DNA from: Myxococcota bacterium
Lineage (GTDB): Bacteria; Myxococcota_A; UBA9160; UBA6930
Length of the DNA: 64,000 bases
Assembly: GCA_965223705.1 (NCBI GenBank)
Contig: OZ245015.1
Location: 4,192,001 to 4,256,000 of the forward strand
Direction: 5' to 3'
Shown piece by piece: positions 31,609 to 39,823 of this stretch (within the stretch, counting starts at the first letter, position 1; each line of letters opens with the position of its first letter). The position numbers were made by a program, and so were the translations under genes. The notes beneath the pieces were generated by a model, which had not been told where the DNA came from, did no database searches, and worked only from the letters and a program-made list of their open reading frames with translations.

Positions 31609-32532
31609 ATGGAACTAGAGCCCGCCGTTCGTGAGCGCATCGGAGAACTGATCGCCTCTGAGCGCGTCTTTCTCTTTATGAAGGGCCGTCGCGGGGCACC
31701 GCAATGCGGTTTCTCGGCCACCGTGACGCAGCTCCTCGACCAGCTGATCCCGGACTACGGCACGTACGACGTGCTGCAGGATCCGGAGGTTCGCGAGGGC
31801 ATCAAAGTCTTTTCGACCTGGCCGACCATTCCGCAACTCTACGTCGAGGGAGAGTTCATCGGCGGCTGCGACATCATCACCGAGATGTTCCAGAGCGGCG
31901 AGCTGGAAGATGCTCTCGGCCTCGAACGCGCGGGCGATTCCGTTCCGAGCATCGAGATTTCCGACGATGCCGCCCGAGCGCTGCGCGAACTTTCAAACAA
32001 CGCTCCGGGGCGCGAACTACACCTGGCGATTGACGCGCGTTTCCAGAAAGGACTCTACTTCGGACCCGCCGAGCCGGGGGAGATCCAAGCGAGCTCGAAC
32101 GGGATCGACCTCTTCATGACGACGCACACGGCAGCGCGCGCGGAAGGTCTTTCCATCGATGCGGAAACAACCGCCAACGGGCCGGCGTTCCGGATCGAGG
32201 TCGCAGGGGAGCCGGTGGTATCCCAGATGAGCGTCTCCGAGCTCAAAAAATTGCTCGACTCGGGAGAACAAGCCTACGTGTTCGATGTGCGGACCGCCGA
32301 GGAGATCGCGACCGCTCGAATCGAGGGCACGACGCCGTTCGATGCCGAAGCGCAGAGAAGTCTCCAAGGCCTCCCCCGAGACGCCTTGCTCGTCTTTCTC
32401 TGCCATCACGGCGGGCGAAGCCAGAGCGCGGCGGAGCAAGTGGCGAGCCTGGGCTTCACGCGCGTATTCAACGTCTCGGGTGGAATCGACGCATGGTCTC
32501 GTGAGATCGATTCCAGCGTCCCGCGCTACTGA
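31609..32532 (+). CDS. grxD: Monothiol glutaredoxin (Grx4) fused to a Cys-less IscA/HesB-like domain and a rhodanese domain
   Basis: MKG..APQCGFS, WPTIPQLYVEGEFIGGCD; IEISDDAARAL...GLSID; DVRTAEE, CHHGGRS, GGIDAWS. Confidence 0.88.
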   Translation: MELEPAVRERIGELIASERVFLFMKGRRGAPQCGFSATVTQLLDQLIPDYGTYDVLQDPEVREGIKVFSTWPTIPQLYVEGEFIGGCDIITEMFQSGELEDALGLERAGDSVPSIEISDDAARALRELSNNAPGRELHLAIDARFQKGLYFGPAEPGEIQASSNGIDLFMTTHTAARAEGLSIDAETTANGPAFRIEVAGEPVVSQMSVSELKKLLDSGEQAYVFDVRTAEEIATARIEGTTPFDAEAQRSLQGLPRDALLVFLCHHGGRSQSAAEQVASLGFTRVFNVSGGIDAWSREIDSSVPRY

Positions 32533-32540
32533 GCCTCACT

Positions 32541-32813
32541 ATGCCGCTTCAGATCCTCTCCGAGCCGCCCGCCGAACCCAGTGACGTCATCGAGCAACTG
32601 CGGGAGAAAATTCTCGCGGAGCTGCCCGACGCCGAAGTCGTCGTGACGGCCGGCGGACCGGGACACTTCGAAGTCACGGTCACGTCCCAGAGCTTCGAGG
32701 GCCTGTCCCGTGTCAAACAACAACAGCGGGTCTATGCGGCCATCGCGCCGCTCATGGCGGGGAACACACCGCCGGTCCATGCGATCGACCGGATGGTGAC
32801 GAAAACCCCGTAG
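32541..32813 (+). CDS. BolA/IbaG family protein
   Basis: GHFEVTVTSQSFEGLSRVKQQQRVY, VHAI. Confidence 0.92.
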   Translation: MPLQILSEPPAEPSDVIEQLREKILAELPDAEVVVTAGGPGHFEVTVTSQSFEGLSRVKQQQRVYAAIAPLMAGNTPPVHAIDRMVTKTP

Positions 32814-32824
32814 GAGCTCGGGTC

Positions 32825-33991
32825 TTGTCCTCGCAGCCGCTTCCTCTCGACGCCCGACGTGTCGCGGGCCCCGGTGAGTTCCGCCCACTCGCGATCGGTG
32901 GTCTGCGTGTCGATCCGCCGGTCGTGTTGGCCCCCATGGCTGGAGTGACAAACGCGCCGTTCCGTCAGCTATGCCGACGGTTCGGAGCCGGTCTCTACGT
33001 CAGCGAAATGATCACCGCCCGAGCGCTCGTCGAAGGAAACGCGAAGACGGAGCGCCTCGCGGGGTTCGGCCCCGACGAACGACCGAGGAGTTTGCAGCTC
33101 TACGGTGTCGATCCCGACTACTTGAAACGAGCGGTAGCGCGCCTTGTCGGCGAAGGTCGCGTCGACCACATCGATTTGAATTTCGGTTGCCCGGTGCGCA
33201 AAGTCACCCGTCGTGGCGGCGGCGCCGCGATCCCGGCGAAGCCCGATCATCTCCGACAGATTGTACGAGCCGTCGTTCGAGCGGCAGGCGACGTGCCGGT
33301 CACCATGAAATTCCGGATCGGCATCGACGACACGCTGACCACGTTCCTGGATGCCGGGCGAATCGGAGAAGAGGAAGGTTGTGCGGCGGTCGCTCTTCAC
33401 GCCCGGACCGCGGAGCAGTTCTACGATGGGCAGGCGAGCTGGGAAGCGATCGCCGCGCTGAAAGACCGTGTCCGTGGAATCCCCGTACTCGGAAACGGCG
33501 ATATTTGGGAAGCGTGGGACGCCCTTCGCATGATGCGCGATACCGGCTGCGACGGGGTCGTGGTCGGTCGCGGATGCCTCGGGCGCCCGTGGTTGTTTCG
33601 CGATCTGGCGGATGTCTTTGCCGGCCGCATGCCCACGGCACCGCCGAATTTCGGCGGCGTCGCCGACGTGATGCTGGAACACGCCGAAAGCTTGGCCGCT
33701 TGGCAAGGGGAGCACGCCGGCATGCGAGCGTTCCGAAAGCATGCGACGTGGTACACGAAGGGCTTCGCCGGGAGCAGTGCGCTGCGCGAGAGGCTCTGTC
33801 GCGTGGCGCGGGTCGAAGAACTCCGCGCGGTTCTCGAGACCATCGACCGCGACGAGCCTTTCCCGACCGCGGCGCTTCGCGTCCCTCGCGGCAAACGCGG
33901 CGGCCGGCAACGGGTCGTGCTGCCCGAGAACTTCTTCGACGCGGCGGGCGATAGCCCCGAAGAGCCTCTAGAAGCCGTCTCCGGCGGCTGA
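32825..33991 (+). CDS. dusB: tRNA-dihydrouridine synthase
   Basis: LAPMAGVT, IDLNFGCPVRKV, ALHART, LGNGDI, VGRGCLGRPW. Confidence 0.92.
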   Translation: MSSQPLPLDARRVAGPGEFRPLAIGGLRVDPPVVLAPMAGVTNAPFRQLCRRFGAGLYVSEMITARALVEGNAKTERLAGFGPDERPRSLQLYGVDPDYLKRAVARLVGEGRVDHIDLNFGCPVRKVTRRGGGAAIPAKPDHLRQIVRAVVRAAGDVPVTMKFRIGIDDTLTTFLDAGRIGEEEGCAAVALHARTAEQFYDGQASWEAIAALKDRVRGIPVLGNGDIWEAWDALRMMRDTGCDGVVVGRGCLGRPWLFRDLADVFAGRMPTAPPNFGGVADVMLEHAESLAAWQGEHAGMRAFRKHATWYTKGFAGSSALRERLCRVARVEELRAVLETIDRDEPFPTAALRVPRGKRGGRQRVVLPENFFDAAGDSPEEPLEAVSGG

Positions 33992-35521
33992 TTCCTTTCT
34001 GAGCTCTGCGACCCACTCCTTCGCGACGACCGCGGGCGAGCGCTGATCGCGATCGACGGCGAGGTTCGCGTCGCGCATCGCGTCCGCGGTGATCCGATTG
34101 TCGAGTCTCCTGAGTGCGGCCACGGCCTTGGGGAACGCGTCGATGAAACCGGGGCGGGCGAGAAGCATCGTGTCGTAAGGAGGGATCACGGCGCGGTCGT
34201 CCCGAAGCACGACCAGGTCGAAGCCGGCGATACGCCCATCGGTGGAGAACGCGCTGATGGCATCCACTTCGCCGATGGCAGCGGCCTGATACATCAGAGC
34301 GGGATCCATGGTGCGCTTTTCGAAAAACCGAAAGCCATAGGCATCCACCAAGGCGCTCCACTCGGTTCGGGCGAAGAACTCGAGATCGCCGCCGATCGTC
34401 AATTCGGACGAGATCGCCGCCAGGTCGGTCAACGTTTCAAGCCCGTGCCGCTCCGCGAGCGCTCGCCGCACCGCCAACGCGTACGTGTTCTCGAAGCCGA
34501 GGCGGGCGATGACGGAGATCCCGTGCTCCTCCACCAGGTAGGTTTCCACCGCGCGGAGAACGTCTGCGCGGTCGGAGAACGTTTCTCTCCCCATGATCGT
34601 CGCCCAGATCGTGCCTGAGTAGTCGGCGTACAGATCGATCTCCGACGATCTGAGCGCATCGAAAGCCACCGTGGAACCGAGTGACGTCACTTGGCGGGTA
34701 TCCTGTGCGGTGGCTCGGCTCACCCACTCACCGACGAGCTCTCCGAGGATGTACTGCTCGGTGAAGGCCTTCGTACCGATTCGAAGTGGCGCTCCTTCTC
34801 CGCTGGCGGGAAGCAGCGACCACGCGGACCACAGCACGCCCACGGCAAAGAGCCCGATGATCGCGCGCACCCAGACGAGTCGTCGCCGGTCGAGGCAGCG
34901 CTCGAGGCCGAAGATCAGCTGATCGAGCGTGATCGCGAGCCCGGCGGCCGCGACGCAACCGATCAGGACCGCCGCGAAGTTTCGCGTCTGCAGACCGGTG
35001 AAGATGTAGTTGCCGAGGCTCGTCGCTCCTACCGGCGTCGAGAGGGTCGCGGTGCCGACGACCCAAACCGCCGCGGTCCGAACCCCCGCCACGATCACGG
35101 GAAGGGCCAGCGGCAGTTCGACGGTGCGCAGGCGCTGGAGATCGGTCATCCCCGCGGCCTTCGCCGCTTCGACCACAGCGGGGGACACGCCCCGAATCCC
35201 GGTGACGGTATTCCTCAGGATCGGCAACGCGCTGTACAGCGCCAAAGCCGTGACCGCGGGGAGGTAGCCGATACTCGGGATCGCGATTCCGGTCGCCGCG
35301 CCGAGGAGCGCCAGGGCGGGCACCATAATCGCGAGCAGGGCCAGACTCGGGATGGTTTGCACCACGCCCGCGAGCCCCATGAGCCACGGCTCGAGCTTCC
35401 GGCTCCGAGTCGCCGCGACGCCGAGCGGGAGCGAGATCGCGACGCCGACCGCCAGCGCGACGAGCGAGAGGCGCAGATGACCGCCCAGGTACTCGGGGAG
35501 TAGCGCGAGTTGCTCGGTCAC
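33968..35521 (-). CDS. Osmoprotectant-family ABC transporter, permease fused to substrate-binding domain
   Basis: QTIPSLALL, EAA loop, VELPLALPV; binding domain KAFTEQYIL, YADYSGT, GFENTYALA, AFSTDGRI, IPPYD. Confidence 0.9.
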   Translation of the reverse strand: MTEQLALLPEYLGGHLRLSLVALAVGVAISLPLGVAATRSRKLEPWLMGLAGVVQTIPSLALLAIMVPALALLGAATGIAIPSIGYLPAVTALALYSALPILRNTVTGIRGVSPAVVEAAKAAGMTDLQRLRTVELPLALPVIVAGVRTAAVWVVGTATLSTPVGATSLGNYIFTGLQTRNFAAVLIGCVAAAGLAITLDQLIFGLERCLDRRRLVWVRAIIGLFAVGVLWSAWSLLPASGEGAPLRIGTKAFTEQYILGELVGEWVSRATAQDTRQVTSLGSTVAFDALRSSEIDLYADYSGTIWATIMGRETFSDRADVLRAVETYLVEEHGISVIARLGFENTYALAVRRALAERHGLETLTDLAAISSELTIGGDLEFFARTEWSALVDAYGFRFFEKRTMDPALMYQAAAIGEVDAISAFSTDGRIAGFDLVVLRDDRAVIPPYDTMLLARPGFIDAFPKAVAALRRLDNRITADAMRDANLAVDRDQRSPAVVAKEWVAELRKESAAGDGF

Positions 35522-36300
35522 GAACGGCCTTCCTGCAGCACCCGCAATGACTCGGCCTGACGCCCCGGAGCGGCGAGTAGCTCGGATACGCGTGGGCCCG
35601 AAGGAGCGGCGAGCAGCCGCTCCGGCGTATCGACTTGAAGCAGTTCTCCCTCGTCCATCACACCGATGCGATCCGCCAAGAGCAGTGCTTCCACCATGTC
35701 GTGGGTGACGAAGACCACCGTCGTCGCCAGGCTACGGCGGATTTCGAGAAAGAATTGCTGCAGCCTTTCTCGAACGAGCGGATCGAGTGCCCCGAAAGGT
35801 TCGTCGAGTAGAAGCACCTCGGGTTCCGCTGCGAGGGCGCGCGCGAGCCCGACACGTTGTTGTTGGCCGCCCGAGAGCTCCCCGGGCATGCGGTCGCGAA
35901 AAGTGCCGGGTTCGAGTTCTACGAGGGTGAGGAGCTCGTCGACGCGCGACGCGCGGCGCTCGCTGGACCAGCCGAGGAGTTTCGGCGTGATCGCGATGTT
36001 CTCCGCGACCGAGAGATGCGGGAACAGACCGACTTGCTGGAACGCGTAGCCGACGCGACGCCTGAGTTCGTGCGGCTCTCCGTCGGCGACGTCGCGGTCG
36101 CCCACGAGCACGCGACCGGCCGTGGGTTCGACCAGGCGATTCACGGTCTTCAAGAGCGTCGTCTTGCCGCTGCCGGATCCACCGACCAGCACCAAACACT
36201 CACCCGGCGAAACGCGCAGGGAAACGTCGCGCACGGCGAACGTTTGGCCCGACGGTGTGTCGTAGGACTTCGTCACGCCCTCGAAGCGGATCCCGGTCAA
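35518..36300 (-). CDS. Osmoprotectant ABC transporter ATP-binding subunit (OpuA/ProV-like, no CBS domains)
   Basis: GGSGSGKTT, LSGGQQQR, LLDEPFGALDP, FVTHD. Confidence 0.93.
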   Translation of the reverse strand: MTGIRFEGVTKSYDTPSGQTFAVRDVSLRVSPGECLVLVGGSGSGKTTLLKTVNRLVEPTAGRVLVGDRDVADGEPHELRRRVGYAFQQVGLFPHLSVAENIAITPKLLGWSSERRASRVDELLTLVELEPGTFRDRMPGELSGGQQQRVGLARALAAEPEVLLLDEPFGALDPLVRERLQQFFLEIRRSLATTVVFVTHDMVEALLLADRIGVMDEGELLQVDTPERLLAAPSGPRVSELLAAPGRQAESLRVLQEGRS

Positions 36301-36340
36301 GGATTCGCCCCGTCCGATCGGACTCTCATGGGATGTGAGC

Positions 36341-37609
36341 TTAGCTGGAGCGGAGGGGCGTGGGCTTTCCGAAGAGCCATCCCTGTCCGAACGGGATGCC
36401 GAGCTCGCCCAGTGTCTCGAGCTCTTCCAAGGTGTCGAGGCCTTCGGCGATAATCTGCGCGCCGAACTTGCTCGCTACCGAATGCAACGCCGAGAGCAGG
36501 GTTCGGCGGGCCGGATCCTTGTCGATGTCGTGCACGAAGGCGCGATCGACTTTGATGAAATCGGGCTCGAGCTCGATGACCGCTTGCAGGCTCGCGTAGC
36601 CCGTCCCGGTGTCATCGAGCGCGATACGGAAGCCGAGCTTGCGGTAATCGTCTCGGAATTCCTTGAACACGTCGAAGTTGTGAATCGATTCCTGTTCGGA
36701 AATCTCGAAAACCACGTCGCTGGGAGAAAGCTGGCTGCGTTCGAGCGTTCGAATCAAGGCCTCGGGCGCGAAATTGGGATCGTGGATCGACGTCGGTCGG
36801 ACGTTCAAAAAAAGCTTCGTTCCCGACGGCAATCCCTCCGCCCCTTGGAGGCCGCTTCGCCGACACAGGCAGTCGAGCTCGAACAGAAGGCCTTCTTCCT
36901 CGGCCCCTTGAAACAGCGCAAGTGGCGAGTGGAGGTCGGTTCCCTCCGGACCGCGGGCGAGCGCCTCATAGGCGAAGACCGTTCGACTCGTCACGTCGAC
37001 AATCGGTTCGTAGACGGAGCTCACTTCACCGGCCATCACCAGTCCGACGAGAATCTTGCGACGACGTCGCGCTTCGATACCGACGGCGAGGGAAGCATCC
37101 GCCCGAGCCTCTTCCAAGGATTGTCGAACTTGCGTGGCAGCCCCGAAGTGCGGGTTGCGGAGAACCGCGGAGTAGCCGACGCCGAAGATGGGCGGCCGGC
37201 GAAAATACGGGTACACGACCCGGTGTCCGTGACGCTGCAGCGCCTGCCCGAGCTGAGTGGTAAAGCGAGGCAGCTCATCGCGATAGAAGGCCCCGTCGTT
37301 CTGTCCGCGGAAAACCAAGGCGACGATTTCGTGACGCCCGGTTTCTCCGGCGACCACCATGGTCTCTCCGTCGAGTTGTTCCTCGGCGACGTCGGCCACG
37401 AGGGCGCCCAACGCGGAGAGGCAACGGCCGTGAGCCTCGCTACCGTACGCGCGTTCAATGTCTTCGAGGCGCGCCGCGTCGACGACCACGACACCCAGCA
37501 AGCCCATCGACGAAAACCGGGTGGCCACGTGGGGAAGTGCGGTGCCCAGGCCCTGGAGCTGGGCTCCCTGGTAGGCGCGAGGCTGTTCGAGGTCTTCGGT
37601 GTCCGCCAT
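36341..37609 (-). CDS. EAL c-di-GMP phosphodiesterase with degenerate N-terminal GGDEF-like region
   Basis: YEALARG, LFLNV, FEISE, ALDDTGTGY, IKVD, AEG, QGWL; TGRHE in place of GGDEF. Confidence 0.88.
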   Translation of the reverse strand: MADTEDLEQPRAYQGAQLQGLGTALPHVATRFSSMGLLGVVVVDAARLEDIERAYGSEAHGRCLSALGALVADVAEEQLDGETMVVAGETGRHEIVALVFRGQNDGAFYRDELPRFTTQLGQALQRHGHRVVYPYFRRPPIFGVGYSAVLRNPHFGAATQVRQSLEEARADASLAVGIEARRRRKILVGLVMAGEVSSVYEPIVDVTSRTVFAYEALARGPEGTDLHSPLALFQGAEEEGLLFELDCLCRRSGLQGAEGLPSGTKLFLNVRPTSIHDPNFAPEALIRTLERSQLSPSDVVFEISEQESIHNFDVFKEFRDDYRKLGFRIALDDTGTGYASLQAVIELEPDFIKVDRAFVHDIDKDPARRTLLSALHSVASKFGAQIIAEGLDTLEELETLGELGIPFGQGWLFGKPTPLRSS

Positions 37610-37618
37610 AGGGGCTGA

Positions 37619-37644
37619 ATCGGCAGAAGCGACGGTCCGATTGA
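37619..37644 (-). promoter_or_regulatory. Putative sigma28-like promoter of the EAL gene
   Basis: Minus strand TCAAT-N15-GCCGAT, 9 nt before ATG 37609. Confidence 0.55.
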
Positions 37645-37671
37645 GCCCGGACGGCGCTATCGTCGGGGGCC

Positions 37672-38295
37672 GTGCCCATCACAACGATCGTATTCGACCT
37701 CGGAGGCGTCGTCCTAGGCTCTCCCCTCGAAGCCATTCGGCGCTACGAAGAGGATGTGGAAAGCCCCGTAGGCAGCCTGGGGCGCCATATCAATGCCTCG
37801 GGCCGTGACGGTGCTTGGTCGCGCCTCGAATGCGGGGAGCTCGCACTCGACGCTTTTTGCGCCGCCTTCGATGCAGAGTGCAACGCCGCGGGCCTCCCGT
37901 TTACCGGCCGGGAACTGATGCGGCGCATCGGGCGCGCTACCAAGAATCCCCGGCCTGAGATGATCGAGGCCATCGCGCGTTTGCGAAATGTCGGCTTGAG
38001 GGTGGCAGCCCTCACCAACAATTGGCGGGGCAAAGGCGACGGCACCCGGGCCCTGGCGCCGCACTTCGACGCGTTTTTCGAATCGGCCGCGCTCGGTATG
38101 CGAAAGCCCGACCCGCGGATCTACCAGCACGTGTGCCGCGAGCTCGGCATCGAGCCGATCGAAGCGGTGTTCTTGGACGACATCGGCGCGAATCTCAAGA
38201 CGGCACGCCAGCTCGGAATGACCACGATCAAGGTCTCCGAACCGAGACGAGCGCTCGAGGACTTGGGCGCTCTGCTCGACCTCGAACTCGCCTGA
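37672..38295 (+). CDS. HAD-superfamily phosphatase (similar to ACAD10/epoxide hydrolase N-terminal domain)
   Basis: FDLGGV, LTNNW, KPDPRIY, FLDDIGANL. Confidence 0.92.
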   Translation: MPITTIVFDLGGVVLGSPLEAIRRYEEDVESPVGSLGRHINASGRDGAWSRLECGELALDAFCAAFDAECNAAGLPFTGRELMRRIGRATKNPRPEMIEAIARLRNVGLRVAALTNNWRGKGDGTRALAPHFDAFFESAALGMRKPDPRIYQHVCRELGIEPIEAVFLDDIGANLKTARQLGMTTIKVSEPRRALEDLGALLDLELA

Positions 38296-38296
38296 G

Positions 38297-38806
38297 CTAG
38301 TCCGACGCTTCGAGCCGACGGCGGTGCTTGCCGTCGCAGAGCACGCAGACGATCGCCGACGAGCTGCCGAGTTCTATCCGCAGGGAGAGGATCAGGGAAT
38401 CCGGCGGCGCATGCGTCGTCAGCAGGGCAAATACCGGGTTCCCCTCGAACGTCCGAACGGGCCGGACTTCGTGCGCGTGGGGATCGGCGCCGGGGAAGAT
38501 TTCGCGGCATAGGAGCGAGACCAGGGCCCGTTCGGCCTCGGCCTCCGTTCCGTCGCGATGCGGCGCCGCGAACAACACGCTCGCGATCGGCGGCTCGGAA
38601 ACGGTCGCCAAGAAACCTCGATACGTCTCACCGTCGGGATCGGCGGGGTCGCTCGGGAGGGTCACCCGATCGGGGAAGTCCGAAAGCGAGCACAACGAGA
38701 CGCCCCCGAGAGCGATCGGGCGCTCCCAGTGCTGGGGGAACGTGTCGCCGTCCTCAAAGCGCGCGAGCGCAACGGCCAATTCTTCGAGCAGACGATCGAG
38801 TTTCAC
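38297..38806 (-). CDS. Hypothetical protein
   Basis: Fills the gap between HAD and PilZ genes with normal protein composition; start is GTG 38806 or ATG 38821; a promoter-like motif lies upstream. Confidence 0.55.
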   Translation of the reverse strand: MKLDRLLEELAVALARFEDGDTFPQHWERPIALGGVSLCSLSDFPDRVTLPSDPADPDGETYRGFLATVSEPPIASVLFAAPHRDGTEAEAERALVSLLCREIFPGADPHAHEVRPVRTFEGNPVFALLTTHAPPDSLILSLRIELGSSSAIVCVLCDGKHRRRLEASD

Positions 38807-38822
38807 GTGGTTACCGCGCATT

Positions 38823-38850
38823 TTATCGACCGAGCGACCGGATCTCTGTA
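38823..38850 (-). promoter_or_regulatory. Putative sigma28-like promoter
   Basis: Minus strand TACAG-N15-GTCGATAA. Confidence 0.5.
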
Positions 38851-38994
38851 GCGCGAAACCCCCGAAAATCGACTGCCGGTGAGCTGCGTCACTCGTGCCG
38901 GACGGCCTTTCGACCGATACGCAGCCCGAGTGCCGGCTCGCGGCAAGACCTCTACTCGGTCCGCCGCTCCCCCATAGCCCGGACGGAGGCAAGT

Positions 38995-39729
38995 ATGGTC
39001 CCCAACCGCGAGATCCTGATGGTGGATTCGGGCGAACACTCGCTGCGCGCCTTGGCATCCCAAGCGCGAGGCCTCGAATTTCGCGTCGTCACCGTTAAGA
39101 CACCGGAAGGCGCCCACGCGGTCCTGGTGGATCCGCGTCACGACATCGGCGCCGCGGTCATCACGCCGGACATGCCCGCCGCGAGCCTCTCCGGTGCCGT
39201 CGAGGCGATTCGGGAGCTCGCGTCCCATTCCCGTTTGCCGGTCCTCGCGGTCGGCCGCCGCGGCTCCCGCGCGGTCACACGTGAAGCGTTGCGGGAGGCC
39301 GGTGTCGACCTCGCCCTGGCCGATCCCATGGACGATCACACGCTCCGCTTCCAGCTGAACCGAGCCCTCGCCGAGAACCAGGGACCGGAGAAAGAGCGCC
39401 GCTCTCTCCGCGTCCCGGCCGATTGGCCGATCCGCATGAGAATCGGCAGCCGCGAGAAGGAAGCGCGATTGTATTCGGTGTCCTCCGCGGGGGCCTATCT
39501 CGCGACCGATCGACCCGTAGTCCGTAACGCGATCGTCTACCTCACCCTCCCGCTTCCGGGGGGCTCGGTGACGACCACCGCGCGCGTCGTGATGACGAAC
39601 GTGCCCGGCAACCTGAAACGCACCAACCTGCCCCTCGGCATGGGGGTGCGCTTCACCGGAACCCCCGAAGAAACGGCGCGGGCGATCGACGCGTTCGCGC
39701 GCGCTCGTCACCAGCATCTGGTGATCTAG
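38995..39729 (+). CDS. Degenerate receiver-like domain plus PilZ domain protein
   Basis: EILMVD receiver-like start; ERRSLR (RxxxR) and SVSSAG in place of D/NxSxxG; GMGVRF; GGAGG RBS. Confidence 0.82.
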   Translation: MVPNREILMVDSGEHSLRALASQARGLEFRVVTVKTPEGAHAVLVDPRHDIGAAVITPDMPAASLSGAVEAIRELASHSRLPVLAVGRRGSRAVTREALREAGVDLALADPMDDHTLRFQLNRALAENQGPEKERRSLRVPADWPIRMRIGSREKEARLYSVSSAGAYLATDRPVVRNAIVYLTLPLPGGSVTTTARVVMTNVPGNLKRTNLPLGMGVRFTGTPEETARAIDAFARARHQHLVI

Positions 39730-39823
39730 ACGCGCCCTCCTTGGGTTAGGCTTCCACCCGCCCGAGCGAAACTGGGAATTGTCGGAGGGGGCCTTGGCGA
39801 GCGCAGAAGAAGTACGGGATCCG

